Source of the DNA: an uncultured Candidatus Saccharibacteria bacterium
GTDB taxonomy: Bacteria; Patescibacteriota; Minisyncoccia; Minisyncoccales; CG1-02-41-26
DNA: 37,596 nucleotides
Assembly: GCA_964472105.1 (NCBI GenBank)
Contig: CAYYIZ010000001.1
Location: 1 to 37,596 of the forward strand
Direction of reading: 5' to 3'
Shown: positions 16,322 through 25,320 of the stretch, piece by piece
Layout of the letters: the number at the start of each line of letters is the position of its first letter
Position numbering within the stretch: the stretch's first letter is position 1
Notes under the pieces: model-generated
What the model was told of the DNA's origin: nothing
Seen by the model: the letters and a program-made list of their open reading frames with translations, nothing else
Database searches by the model: none
Made by a program: the position numbers and the translations under genes

Positions 16322-17453
16322 AAAAACAAAAGAAGAAATTCCTAAAGAAGTAAGGGGCACCAGAGAGGCCCTGCTTAATATTCTGGAGGATGTTGAAGAG
16401 GTAAGAAAAGAGATAGAGGAAGAAAGAGACAAGACGCTGTCCATTATTGAAAATTTTCCCGAAGGACTTTTATTTTTTGACAAAGAAAACCGACTCTCTT
16501 CAATTAACCCTCGCGTCTGCTACATTTTTGGGGTTAAGCCGGAAGACCTGAGAGGCAAAAAACTGAATGAGTTAGCGAGTGTTTCCTCTTTAGCCCCCTT
16601 AATTGAAATTTTAGGAGAAGAGATTAAAATGGGGTTGAAAAAGGAATTAGAGCTGAAGAGTGGTTTGGTTTTAGAAATTTCCAGCATCTCAGTAATGAAG
16701 GGAGAGGAGAAAGCCGGGGCTTTAGTTATTTTACGAGACATAACCCGGGAGAAAATTATTGAGAGGTTAAAAACCGAATTTGTTTCCATTGCCGCTCATC
16801 AATTAAGGACTCCCTTATCAGCCATAAAATGGACATTGAGAATGATTTTAGACGGAGATTTGGGGAAGATTCCCAAATCCCAGGAAGAGCTTCTTAAGAA
16901 AACTTACGAGAGCAACGAAAGGATGATTCATTTGATTAACGACCTGCTAAATGTTACCAGAATTGAAGAGGGGAGATTCCTTTATAATGTTCAGAAACGG
17001 GATATGACAGAGATATTAAAGAAGTTGCTCGCTCCTCTAAAAAGAATTGCTAAGAGGGAAAAGCTCCAGCTTGAATTTAATGCCCCAAAGGAGAAAATAC
17101 CGGAAGTGAGCATTGATACGGAAAAAATTTCTTTAACCATGCAAAACTTAATAGAAAACGCCATCCACTATACCGAACCGGGAGGCAAGATAAAAGTTTC
17201 TCTCAGTTATTTGGAAAAGAAAAAAGAAGTTTTGTTTCAGGTTCAAGATACCGGAATCGGCATTGCCAAGCAGCAGCAAAAAAGAGTGTTTTCAAGGTTT
17301 TTCAGGGGAGCTAACGCGGTAAGAGCGGAAACCGAAGGGACGGGACTGGGGCTTTTTATCGCCAAGAACATCGTTGAGGCCCACGGCGGCAAAATTTGGT
17401 TTGAGTCGCTAGAGAATAAGGGGACAACGTTCTACTTTACTTTGCCCACTTGA
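16272..17453 (+). CDS. sensor histidine kinase (PAS-HisKA-HATPase_c)
   Basis: 393 aa. H-box FVSIAAHQLRTPLSAI, N-box NLIENAIHYT, G1 DTGIGI, G2 GTGLGLFIAK, with a PAS-like segment upstream. If independent, the likely start is ATG at 16287 (the track uses TTG at 16272). Confidence 0.88.
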   Translation: MSLKKMLNHQTRKGIDKKTKEEIPKEVRGTREALLNILEDVEEVRKEIEEERDKTLSIIENFPEGLLFFDKENRLSSINPRVCYIFGVKPEDLRGKKLNELASVSSLAPLIEILGEEIKMGLKKELELKSGLVLEISSISVMKGEEKAGALVILRDITREKIIERLKTEFVSIAAHQLRTPLSAIKWTLRMILDGDLGKIPKSQEELLKKTYESNERMIHLINDLLNVTRIEEGRFLYNVQKRDMTEILKKLLAPLKRIAKREKLQLEFNAPKEKIPEVSIDTEKISLTMQNLIENAIHYTEPGGKIKVSLSYLEKKKEVLFQVQDTGIGIAKQQQKRVFSRFFRGANAVRAETEGTGLGLFIAKNIVEAHGGKIWFESLENKGTTFYFTLPT

Positions 17454-17504
17454 CCTTGTTATTTTAAAGAGATAAAATAGAGAAAAGGTTTTAAGAGGAG
17501 CCAA

Positions 17505-17879
17505 TTGCAACCTATGAAAAAAATTTTAGTTGTTGAGGACGAAGAAATAATTTGCGAGCTTTTGCGAAGAAAATTAAGCCAGGCAGGCTACGAAGTTTCA
17601 ATTGCCAAAGATGGAGTTGACGGCTTGGAACAGATGAGGGAAGCAAAATTTGATATTATCTTGCTTGATATTATAATGCCAAATAAAGGAGGGTTTGGGG
17701 TAATGGAAGAAATGCAGAAAGACGAGAACTTAAAAAATATCCCGGTGATTGTTATTTCAAATTCCGGTCAGCCGGTGGAGTTAGACAGAGCTAAAAAGTT
17801 GGGAGCAAGAGACTGGCTGATTAAAACCGAATTTGACCCCCAAGAAGTATTGGAAAAGGTTAAAAAACAAATCGGTTAA
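17505..17879 (+). CDS. single-domain response regulator (CheY-like receiver only)
   Basis: 124 aa. ILVVEDEE, phospho-acceptor context IILLDIIMP, VIVISN, KLGARDWLIK. No output domain. TTG start at 17505 lies 4 nt after AGGAG; an alternative ATG is at 17514. Confidence 0.85.
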   Translation: MQPMKKILVVEDEEIICELLRRKLSQAGYEVSIAKDGVDGLEQMREAKFDIILLDIIMPNKGGFGVMEEMQKDENLKNIPVIVISNSGQPVELDRAKKLGARDWLIKTEFDPQEVLEKVKKQIG

Positions 17880-17884
17880 AATAT

Positions 17885-18253
17885 ATGGCTCAAAAAATAC
17901 TAATTGTTGAAGATGACAAATTTTTAAGGGAACTCATCACCAGAAAATTAACCTCCGAAAAGTACGAAATAGTTGAAGCAATAGACGGGGAAGAGGGCCT
18001 GAAAAAAATACAGAAGGAAAAGCCAGACTTAGTTTTACTTGACTTAATTTTGCCGGGCATAGATGGCTTTGAGGTCCTAAGTAAGGTAAAAGAGGACCCG
18101 GCCCTGTCTTCAATTCCGGTAATTATTCTTTCCAACTTAGGACAAAGAGAAGAAGTGGAAAAAGGATTGAAGCTCGGAGCAGTTGATTATTTAGTCAAGG
18201 CTCACTTCACCCCCAATGAGATTGTTGAGAAGATGAAAGAAGTGCTTAAGTAA
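17885..18253 (+). CDS. single-domain response regulator (CheY-like receiver only)
   Basis: 122 aa. ILIVEDD, LVLLDLILPGIDGFEVL, VIILSN, KLGAVDYLVK. No output domain. Confidence 0.85.
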   Translation: MAQKILIVEDDKFLRELITRKLTSEKYEIVEAIDGEEGLKKIQKEKPDLVLLDLILPGIDGFEVLSKVKEDPALSSIPVIILSNLGQREEVEKGLKLGAVDYLVKAHFTPNEIVEKMKEVLK

Positions 18254-18260
18254 CAGAGAT

Positions 18261-18998
18261 ATGCCCGAGCTACCCGAGGTAGAAACAATACGCCATCAAC
18301 TAGCCCGAAAAATCATCGGCAAAAAATTACAGGGCAGGCGTATTGTTAATGTTCGCCGTCGCGCCAAAGTTTTAATCATTGACTTCAAGGACTCTTCAAG
18401 TTTAGTTTTTCACTTAAAATTAACCGGTCAATTAATTTTTAACGGACAACCTTCGCGATATACTCGCAAGGTTTTTCATTTTGACGACGGCAGCCGCTTA
18501 ATCTTTAACAATATGAGGAGGTTCGGTTGGTGGAAGAGAGTGAGAAATACCTTAGAAATTGAGAAGAAATTTGGTCCCGAACCATTATCTGAAGATTTCA
18601 CCTTAAAAAAGTTTAAAGAGATGCTTACTAAGCGGACTAAATCCAAGATTAAACCATTGTTGATGGATCAAAAGTTTATCGCCGGTATCGGCAATATTTA
18701 CAGCGATGAAATTTTGTTTGCCTCAGGAGTGAGGCCAACGCGCCAAGCCAAAACGTTAACCGGAGAAGAAATTAAAAGAATTTTCCAAAAAATAAAGAAA
18801 ATTTTAAAAGAAGCTATTAAATATCAAGGTTCGTCAATTCAATATTACGTTGATACTGAAGGGCAGAGAGGGAAATACGTAAAATACCACCAAGTTTATC
18901 GCCGCCAGGGAAAACCCTGTAAAAAATGCGGCACTATTATCAAAAGAGTTAAAATCAACGGCAGAAGTAGTCACTTTTGCCTCCACTGCCAAAAGTAG
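18261..18998 (+). CDS. mutM: formamidopyrimidine-DNA glycosylase / AP lyase (Fpg/MutM)
   Basis: 245 aa starting MPELPEVET (catalytic Pro2/Glu3). H2TH region IAGIGNIYSDEILF. C-terminal zinc finger CKKCG...CLHCQ. Confidence 0.9.
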   Translation: MPELPEVETIRHQLARKIIGKKLQGRRIVNVRRRAKVLIIDFKDSSSLVFHLKLTGQLIFNGQPSRYTRKVFHFDDGSRLIFNNMRRFGWWKRVRNTLEIEKKFGPEPLSEDFTLKKFKEMLTKRTKSKIKPLLMDQKFIAGIGNIYSDEILFASGVRPTRQAKTLTGEEIKRIFQKIKKILKEAIKYQGSSIQYYVDTEGQRGKYVKYHQVYRRQGKPCKKCGTIIKRVKINGRSSHFCLHCQK

Positions 18999-19121
18999 AA
19001 AGAGAATTGGCAGAGAATAGTTCTCCGCCAAAACTTGACTTTTTGAAAAAGAGTGGTAGGGTTTAGTCAGTACTGGGAGTTTATTTATTCCCAAAAAAAT
19101 TTAATAAAGGAGGAACTGGCT

Positions 19122-19805
19122 ATGAGTAAAAAACAGATAGTCGGAAGTATGTCAGAATGGTCTGGTGTACTAAAGGATCTTTTCCGTCAGATTGATGATG
19201 GAAGTATTAAATTGAGAGATGTCCAAGGTTTTTTAGAGCACGAGAATCCATTCGGGCTAGGGAGGTTGATTTCTGAATGGGAAAAGTTCTATAAAAACCT
19301 TTTCGGAATTAAAGCAGATTTTTCAAACCTGCAAATTCCGAAGAAACAAAAGGGATTCGATCGTCTGATAGTTATGGCTCAAGGAATTACGCCCCAAACA
19401 GCTTTCAATAAATGCGAAGAGCTATTTCCCTGCCAGAAGTGGACGAATAGAATTTTGGACGAGGTTGTTACTCACTCGGATAGGATAGCTAAAGACAGTT
19501 CTTATGCTGTTTGGTTCAGGGATAGAGTAGAAGCAGACGTGGAACTGAGAAGCATTTTTGCAGACAAGCTTAAAGAGAAAGGGATTTTAGGGATTACCTT
19601 GGAGGAACGGCTCATTTATGAGTTAAAGTTTTTTAAGGAAACTAAAAAGCACCTGGATAAACAGATTATCACTTTATGCTCGGGTTCGTGCTATTCTGAC
19701 GACGGTGTGCCGGTTGTCGGCTGGCGCGACAGCAAGTTAGAAGTCTTTTGGTACACCCATAGCAATGCCGACGGCCCCGTGAGTTCCCGCCAGGTAATTT
19801 CCTAG
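19122..19805 (+). CDS. hypothetical protein (227 aa), no domain recognised
   Basis: Start moved from the track's 19053 to ATG 19122, which follows a strong SD (AAAGGAGGA, 7-nt spacing). Followed by a strong terminator. Soluble, with a Cys/Trp-containing C-terminal part (LCSGSCYSDDGVPVVGWRDSKLEVFWY). Confidence 0.6.
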   Translation: MSKKQIVGSMSEWSGVLKDLFRQIDDGSIKLRDVQGFLEHENPFGLGRLISEWEKFYKNLFGIKADFSNLQIPKKQKGFDRLIVMAQGITPQTAFNKCEELFPCQKWTNRILDEVVTHSDRIAKDSSYAVWFRDRVEADVELRSIFADKLKEKGILGITLEERLIYELKFFKETKKHLDKQIITLCSGSCYSDDGVPVVGWRDSKLEVFWYTHSNADGPVSSRQVIS

Positions 19806-19810
19806 TTCTT

Positions 19811-19852
19811 GTCCCCATTCCTGACAATCAGGAATGGGGACTCTTTATTTCT
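19811..19852 (+). terminator. Rho-independent terminator (14-bp stem gtccccattcctga / tcaggaatggggac, 3-nt loop, T-rich tail)
   Basis: Perfect 14-bp inverted repeat 19811-19824 / 19828-19841, followed by tctttatttcttt. Begins 6 nt after the stop codon. Confidence 0.8.
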
Positions 19853-19881
19853 TTGAGAAAATACGATAAAATACAAGAGCC

Positions 19882-20820
19882 ATGATTATTTTTCTTTACG
19901 GCAAAGATACATATAGATTGCAGCAGAAATTAAAAGAGATAGAAACTCAATATAGAAAAATTCACAAAAGTGGGCTGGATTTGGAAAAATTTGATGCTCT
20001 CCAAATTGAGTTTAGAGAATTTTGGGACAAGCTTTTTCAACGATCAATGTTCAGCCGGAAGAAATTGTTCTTTTTAGAAAACTTATTTTCAAACCCGGAA
20101 TTTAAAAAAGAGTTCCTGAAAAAGATTGAACAAGTTGCCAAATCCGAAGACGTGGTGGTTGTTCTTGAAAAACAAGAACTGCCCAAAAAAGACAAACTCT
20201 TTCTCGGCTTGAAGAAACAAGCGAAATCTCAAGAATTCCTCCCCTTAACCGGTCAGAAATTGAGACAAAGGATAGAAAGGGAAATTAACAAACAGGGAAT
20301 GGGGATAGAGAGAGGAGCTTTGGAAAAATTAATTGATTTTGTCGGTGATGATTCCTGGCGACTTGCCAACGAACTGCAAAAACTCATACATTTTAAAAAG
20401 GATGCGAAAATAATCAAAGAAGAAGACATTGAGCTTTTGGTCCGGCCAAAAGTTGAAACGGATATTTTCAAAACAATTGCGGCAGTGGCTCAAAAAGAAA
20501 AAGGCAGGGCGCTTTCGCTTTTACAAAAGCACCTTCAAAAAGGCGACAGCCCCATTTACCTTCTCTCAATGATAAGTTTTCAATTTAGAAACCTGCTAAT
20601 TGCCAGCGCCTTGAGAGAAAGAGGCAAAACCCTGGACGACTTTTTAAGATTAAAAATCTGTCACCCTTATGCTGCCAGAAAAAGCTGGCAAACATCTGCT
20701 GGATTTAATCTTTCTCAATTAAAAAAGATCTACCAAAGAATCTTTGAAGCAGACCTTAACATTAAAATTGGCAAAGCCGCTCCCGAAGAAGGGCTTAAAA
20801 CATTAATTGCCCAAATTTAA
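19882..20820 (+). CDS. holA: DNA polymerase III subunit delta
   Basis: 312 aa. N-terminus IIFLYGKDTYRLQQK and overall HolA-like layout (LANELQKL, helical C-terminal domain). Moderate similarity judged by eye. Confidence 0.75.
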   Translation: MIIFLYGKDTYRLQQKLKEIETQYRKIHKSGLDLEKFDALQIEFREFWDKLFQRSMFSRKKLFFLENLFSNPEFKKEFLKKIEQVAKSEDVVVVLEKQELPKKDKLFLGLKKQAKSQEFLPLTGQKLRQRIEREINKQGMGIERGALEKLIDFVGDDSWRLANELQKLIHFKKDAKIIKEEDIELLVRPKVETDIFKTIAAVAQKEKGRALSLLQKHLQKGDSPIYLLSMISFQFRNLLIASALRERGKTLDDFLRLKICHPYAARKSWQTSAGFNLSQLKKIYQRIFEADLNIKIGKAAPEEGLKTLIAQI

Positions 20821-21066
20821 AAACTTGGTTAAGCGGGATTTCTTTCTGGAAGCGGCGTTTTTCTTTATTACACCCTTCTTAGCCGCCTTATCCAAGGCCT
20901 TATAAAGTTGAGGCAAAAGTTTTTTAGCTTCCCCTGATTTTTTTTGAGAAACTAAATTCCGAACCTCTTTAACGAGGTTTTTCATTTTACTTTTTCTCTG
21001 AATGTTTCTTTTCTTTCTTGTGATATTTTGCCTTAAGGCTTTTTTCGCCGATTTAGTGATGGGCAT
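20803..21066 (-). CDS. rpsT: 30S ribosomal protein S20
   Basis: 87 aa, very basic. MPITKSAKKALRQNITRKKRN and KAAKKGVIKKNAASRKKSRL are typical of S20. Confidence 0.9.
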   Translation of the reverse strand: MPITKSAKKALRQNITRKKRNIQRKSKMKNLVKEVRNLVSQKKSGEAKKLLPQLYKALDKAAKKGVIKKNAASRKKSRLTKFLNLGN

Positions 21067-21092
21067 ATAATTATTCGTGGCTTTACATTACA

Positions 21093-23015
21093 CTATTTTA
21101 ATTTCTTTATCAAGTCCCTGATTTCGGCGGCTCTTTCAAAATCTAAATTGCCGGCCGCTTTTTTCATTTCTTTTTCCAAAAGTTTAACGTCCTGAATATG
21201 GCCGAACTCCGAGGTTATTTGTTTTTCTTTGTCAGCGAATGGCCAGTCCCTAATTTCTTTAACAATGGGAGATGGCGTAATATGGTACTTCTTGTTGTAA
21301 TCCTCTTGAATTTTTCTTCTCCTTTCAATTTCTTTTTGGGCTTTTTTTATTGAATAGGTTTCTTTGTCAGCGTACAAAATAATATGGCCCTCTTGATGGC
21401 GAGCCGCCCTTCCCATTGTTTGGATTAAAGTGGTTTCTGCCCTTAAAAATCCTTCTTTGTCAGCATCTAAAATGGCAACCAGAGCCACTTCCGGCAGGTC
21501 CAGCCCCTCTCTTAAAAGATTTATTCCCACCAGCACGTCGTATTCTCCCTCTCTGAGTTTTTTGAGAATGCCCGGCCTTTCCAGAGTTTTTATTTCCGAA
21601 TGCAAATATTGGGTTTTAATTCCCTGTTCTGCCAGATAATCAGCCAGCTCTTCGGCTAATCTTTTGGTTAAAGTAACGGCTAAAATTCTCTGGCCCATTT
21701 TCACTCTTTTTTTAATTTCTTTGATTAAGTCCTTAACCTGATTTTGAGTTGGCCTGATTTCGATTGATGGCTCCAATAGTCCGGTTGGCCGGATTAATTG
21801 TTCAACTAATAATCTTGTCTTGTTCTTCCTGCCTGCCGGCAGGCAAGGCTCAATTTTTGCTTTTTCGTAGGGGCCTGGAGTAGCTGAAACAAAAACTGCC
21901 TGATTGATTTTTTTCTCAAACTCTCCAAAACTTAAAGGTCGATTGTCCAGAGCCGAAGGAAGGCGAAAGCCATTTTGAATTAGAGTTTCTTTTCTTGCTC
22001 TGTCGGTGTTGTACATAGCATGGAGTTGGGGGATGCTCATATGGGATTCGTCAATAAATACCAGAAAGTCGCTTGGAAAATAATCCAATAGAGTGAAGGG
22101 CGGTTTGCCCGGCTCCCGGAATTCCAAATGCCTTGAATAATTTTCAACTCCATGACAATAACCTGTTTCTTTTAACATTTCCAAGTCATAGTTTGTTCGT
22201 CCTCCTAATCTTTGAGCTTCAACTAATTTGTTTTCTTTTTTGAGTTTTGCCATCTCTGTCTGCAGTTCTCCCTTTATATTTTCTATGGCAATATTTAACT
22301 TTTCCTGGGGAGTAACCCAAAATTGAGCAGGGTAAATTTTGAAGTTCGGTTTTGAAATTTTATCAATCTCATCTCCTCGAAATTCTATTCTTAAAATTTC
22401 TTTGCCGGTTACTAAATAAATTTCAATGGTGTCGCCCCTCACCCGGAAAGTTCCCGGAGCAAAATCAATATCGTTCCTCCTATACTGTAAAGAGGTTAAG
22501 TGAGAGACAAAATCTTTCCTTTTTATCTTCTGCCCCTGTTTTACTTGCAAGCTCACTTTCTGGTAGGCTTCCGGAGAGCCAATATTGTAAATGCAAGAGA
22601 CCGAGGCAACCACGATAACGTCTTCTCTGGTTAAGATGTCTTGAACGGCCGCGTGCCTTAATCTGTCTATTTCCTGGTTGATTTTGGCGTCTTTCTCAAT
22701 ATAGGTGTCGGTTTGGGGGATGTAGGCCTCGGGTTGATAATAATCGTAATAGGAAACAAAATAATGGACTCCATTTCCCGGAAAGAACTCTTTGAATTCT
22801 TGGTATAATTGGGCGGCCAAAGTTTTGTTATGGGAAATGATAAGGACTGGCTTTTGGATTTTTTCAATAACTTGAGCCAGGGTAAAAGTTTTTCCAGAGC
22901 CGGTTACTCCAAGCAGCACCTGGTTTTTAGCTCCCTGCCGCAGGTTTTTTGTTAACTTGTCAATTGCTTGGGGCTGGTCGCCGGTCGGTTTAAATTTTGA
23001 AACCAAGTTGAACAT
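21093..23015 (-). CDS. uvrB: excinuclease ABC subunit UvrB
   Basis: 640 aa. [11 protein letters not shown], Walker [15 protein letters not shown] box, [30 protein letters not shown]-terminal UVR domain ([11 protein letters not shown]). Confidence 0.96.
   Translation of the reverse strand: MFNLVSKFKPTGDQPQAIDKLTKNLRQGAKNQVLLGVTGSGKTFTLAQVIEKIQKPVLIISHNKTLAAQLYQEFKEFFPGNGVHYFVSYYDYYQPEAYIPQTDTYIEKDAKINQEIDRLRHAAVQDILTREDVIVVASVSCIYNIGSPEAYQKVSLQVKQGQKIKRKDFVSHLTSLQYRRNDIDFAPGTFRVRGDTIEIYLVTGKEILRIEFRGDEIDKISKPNFKIYPAQFWVTPQEKLNIAIENIKGELQTEMAKLKKENKLVEAQRLGGRTNYDLEMLKETGYCHGVENYSRHLEFREPGKPPFTLLDYFPSDFLVFIDESHMSIPQLHAMYNTDRARKETLIQNGFRLPSALDNRPLSFGEFEKKINQAVFVSATPGPYEKAKIEPCLPAGRKNKTRLLVEQLIRPTGLLEPSIEIRPTQNQVKDLIKEIKKRVKMGQRILAVTLTKRLAEELADYLAEQGIKTQYLHSEIKTLERPGILKKLREGEYDVLVGINLLREGLDLPEVALVAILDADKEGFLRAETTLIQTMGRAARHQEGHIILYADKETYSIKKAQKEIERRRKIQEDYNKKYHITPSPIVKEIRDWPFADKEKQITSEFGHIQDVKLLEKEMKKAAGNLDFERAAEIRDLIKKLK
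21830..21845. repeat. perfect 16-bp GC-rich palindrome tgcctgccggcaggca inside uvrB
   Basis: Positions 21830-21837 are the exact reverse complement of 21838-21845. The palindrome encodes the CLPAGR part of the protein segment between the SATPGPYE and VEQLIRPTG motifs. Confidence 0.85.
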
Positions 23016-23061
23016 ATTGAAAATTAAAGATATTATGAATGTATTGGAATCTAAGACAGCT

Positions 23062-23634
23062 ATGATTTCTTATCTTCAGGGAAAAATTATTTTAAAGAAA
23101 GAAAAGTTTATAATCCTGGAAGTTTCAGGGGTTGGCTTTGAGATTTTTCTTGCTGAGAGTACACTAAATAAAATAGCACAAATTGGCCAATCTTTCAATG
23201 TCTTCTGCTATTTGGACGTTGGCGAGCGAAGCTTAAAGTTGTATGGATTTTTAACCTATGAAGAACTTGAACTTTTCCGGCTTTTGCGAAATATCTCCGG
23301 CGTTGGTCCCAAAGCCGCTTTAGACATTTCTTCAATTGGCTCACCGGAAAAAATTAAAAAAGAAATAGAAAAAGGCAACGAGGCGATTTTTGAAGACATC
23401 CCGGGGATCGGTAAGAAAAAAGCCAGAAAAATCATTTTAGAGCTTTCCGGAAAATTGAAAAGCCCGGCTCCTTCTCCCCAGAAAGAAACATTTCCAAAAG
23501 ACGAGGCATTTTTAGCTTTATTAAACCTCGGCTTCAAAAAGGAAGAGGTAAAAACAGCCCTATCCAAGCTTCCCAAAGAAATAGAAAAGACAGAGGAAAA
23601 AATAAAAGAGGGTTTAAAAATTTTAGGAAAATAA
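23062..23634 (+). CDS. ruvA: Holliday junction DNA helicase subunit RuvA
   Basis: Start set to ATG 23062 ([10 protein letters not shown]..., the canonical RuvA N-terminus). The track start at 22957 would overlap the uvrB start region. HhH motifs [12 protein letters not shown] and [16 protein letters not shown], and a C-terminal domain III ([15 protein letters not shown]). Confidence 0.88.
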   Translation: MISYLQGKIILKKEKFIILEVSGVGFEIFLAESTLNKIAQIGQSFNVFCYLDVGERSLKLYGFLTYEELELFRLLRNISGVGPKAALDISSIGSPEKIKKEIEKGNEAIFEDIPGIGKKKARKIILELSGKLKSPAPSPQKETFPKDEAFLALLNLGFKKEEVKTALSKLPKEIEKTEEKIKEGLKILGK

Positions 23635-23641
23635 AAGCTCA

Positions 23642-24898
23642 ATGAAGAATTTAATTAAAAAACTTCTTCCATTAACGTTTTTAAGCTGGTATCATTTCTT
23701 ACTGGCTTTTTTTGGCGCTTTAATTTATAGATTTCCTTCAAGAGAGCTAAAAGTTATCGGCGTTACCGGTACCGGAGGCAAATCAACTGTGGTTGAATTT
23801 TGCCAGCAAGTCTTAAAAGAAGCAGGTTATAAAACAGCTTCAATTTCTTCCATTAGTTTTAGAATAAGAGATAAAGAGCGGCCCAATACTTTAAAAATGA
23901 CAATGCCCGGGAGATTAAAGCTGCAAAGATTTTTGAGGCAGGCGGTTAAAGCCGGCTGCCAGTATGCGGTTTTGGAGGTAACTTCGGAGGGAATTTTACA
24001 GCATCGCCAAAAGTTTATTAATTTTGAAGCGGCTATTTTTACCAATTTATCTCCAGAACATATTGAACGGCACGGCTCTTTTGAAAAGTATCGGGAAGCC
24101 AAAGGAAAACTTTTTAAACAGACCAAAAAAATCCATATTACAAATGGCGAGGACGAAAACGCCGAGTATTTTTTAAAGTTTCTAGCTAAAAAGAAAATTG
24201 GATTCCCTAAAGCAAAAAATATCCAAGAAAGTCCAACCGGCGTAAGTTTTGAAGTTCAAAACACCAAATTTAATCTCAATTTATTGGGCAAATTCAATGT
24301 GTCAAACGCTTTGGCGGCAATCTCCCTGGGGTTATCTCAGGGAATTGATTTGTCAATTTGCCAAAGGGCGTTGGAAAAGATTAAGGGAATGCCCGGAAGA
24401 ATGGAGCTTGTTATTAAAGAGCCCTTTCGGGTAATCGTTGATTATGCCCATACTCCCGATTCTCTGGAGAAAGTTTACAACACTCTAAAAACTACCCACT
24501 ACCCACTACTCACTACTCACTTGATTTGTGTGCTCGGCTCTTGCGGCGGGGGAAGAGATAAATGGAAAAGACCAAAACTGGGAGAGATTGCTTCTGAGTA
24601 TTGCCACAATATAATTATCACCAACGAGGACCCCTACGACGAACCACCTCAAAAGATAATGGATCAAATTGAAGAAGGTATCAGTATAAATCAGCTCAAT
24701 CAGCATAAATCAGCGGTCTATAAAATCTTAGACCGAAGAGAGGCCATTAGCGAGGCATTAAAATCAGCCCGAGCAGGAAACACCGTTATTATCACCGGCA
24801 AAGGTTGTGAATCCTGGATGTGTGTTGCTGGCGGCAAAAAAATCCCCTGGGACGACCGGGAAATTGTTAAACAAGAATTTAAAAAGCTAAACTTATGA
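23642..24898 (+). CDS. Mur ligase family protein, MurE-like, with an N-terminal hydrophobic helix instead of the usual N-terminal domain
   Basis: 418 aa. P-loop GVTGTGGKST, FTNLSPEHIERHGSFEKYREAKGKLF, NLLGKFNVSNALAA, MPGRMELV, VDYAHTPDSLEKV, GSCGGGRDKWKRP. The MurE DNPR position reads NEDP. Confidence 0.7.
   Translation: MKNLIKKLLPLTFLSWYHFLLAFFGALIYRFPSRELKVIGVTGTGGKSTVVEFCQQVLKEAGYKTASISSISFRIRDKERPNTLKMTMPGRLKLQRFLRQAVKAGCQYAVLEVTSEGILQHRQKFINFEAAIFTNLSPEHIERHGSFEKYREAKGKLFKQTKKIHITNGEDENAEYFLKFLAKKKIGFPKAKNIQESPTGVSFEVQNTKFNLNLLGKFNVSNALAAISLGLSQGIDLSICQRALEKIKGMPGRMELVIKEPFRVIVDYAHTPDSLEKVYNTLKTTHYPLLTTHLICVLGSCGGGRDKWKRPKLGEIASEYCHNIIITNEDPYDEPPQKIMDQIEEGISINQLNQHKSAVYKILDRREAISEALKSARAGNTVIITGKGCESWMCVAGGKKIPWDDREIVKQEFKKLNL
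24491..24518. repeat. tandem heptanucleotide repeat (actaccc x2, actactc x2) inside the Mur ligase CDS
   Basis: Four head-to-tail 7-nt units at 24491-24518, encoding TTHYPLLTTH in the linker before the C-terminal domain. Confidence 0.85.
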
Positions 24899-25299
24899 AA
24901 AAATACGAAATCCTTGAACACAAAGCCGACTTAAAAATTAGAATTTTTGGCGAAGGAAAAGAAGAGCTTTTTTTAAATGCCATTTTAGCAATCAGAGAAA
25001 ACCAGAGAGCCATCATTTCAATGAAGGACGCAAAAAGAAAAATCAAAGTAAGTTCTCCCGACTTGCCTTCGCTTTTAGTTGATTTTTTAAGTCAGGTTTT
25101 GTACTTGAGCCAGGTCAATAAAGAAAATTATAATAATATTAAATTTAAAAAACTTTCTAACATCCGCCTTGTGGCGGAAATTTCCGGCAAAAAAGTGGAG
25201 AGCTTTGGCGAGGAAATTAAGGGAGTAACCTATCACGACTTAGATATTCATCAAGAAAAAGACGGCACCTGGCAAGCCACCGTGCTGTTTGATATCTAA
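24895..25299 (+). CDS. archease
   Basis: 134 aa. N-terminus YEILEHKADLKIRIFG (the archease HTAD-type motif), KGVTYHDLDI near the C-terminus. ATGA overlap with the upstream Mur ligase, and directly upstream of rtcB. Confidence 0.8.
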   Translation: MKKYEILEHKADLKIRIFGEGKEELFLNAILAIRENQRAIISMKDAKRKIKVSSPDLPSLLVDFLSQVLYLSQVNKENYNNIKFKKLSNIRLVAEISGKKVESFGEEIKGVTYHDLDIHQEKDGTWQATVLFDI

Positions 25300-25320
25300 G
25301 CTGTTATAAAATAAAAGAAT

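Noticed and set aside
19053-19121. The track start (19053) for the hypothetical protein.
   Set aside because: It uses a non-ATG start without an SD. The in-frame ATG at 19122 is preceded by AAAGGAGGA at ideal spacing.
22957-23061. The long N-terminal extension of ruvA given in the ORF track (start 22957), and the alternative ATG at 23035.
   Set aside because: The extension overlaps the uvrB start region on the other strand and has no RuvA-like sequence. The canonical RuvA N-terminus MISYLQGKI begins at 23062.
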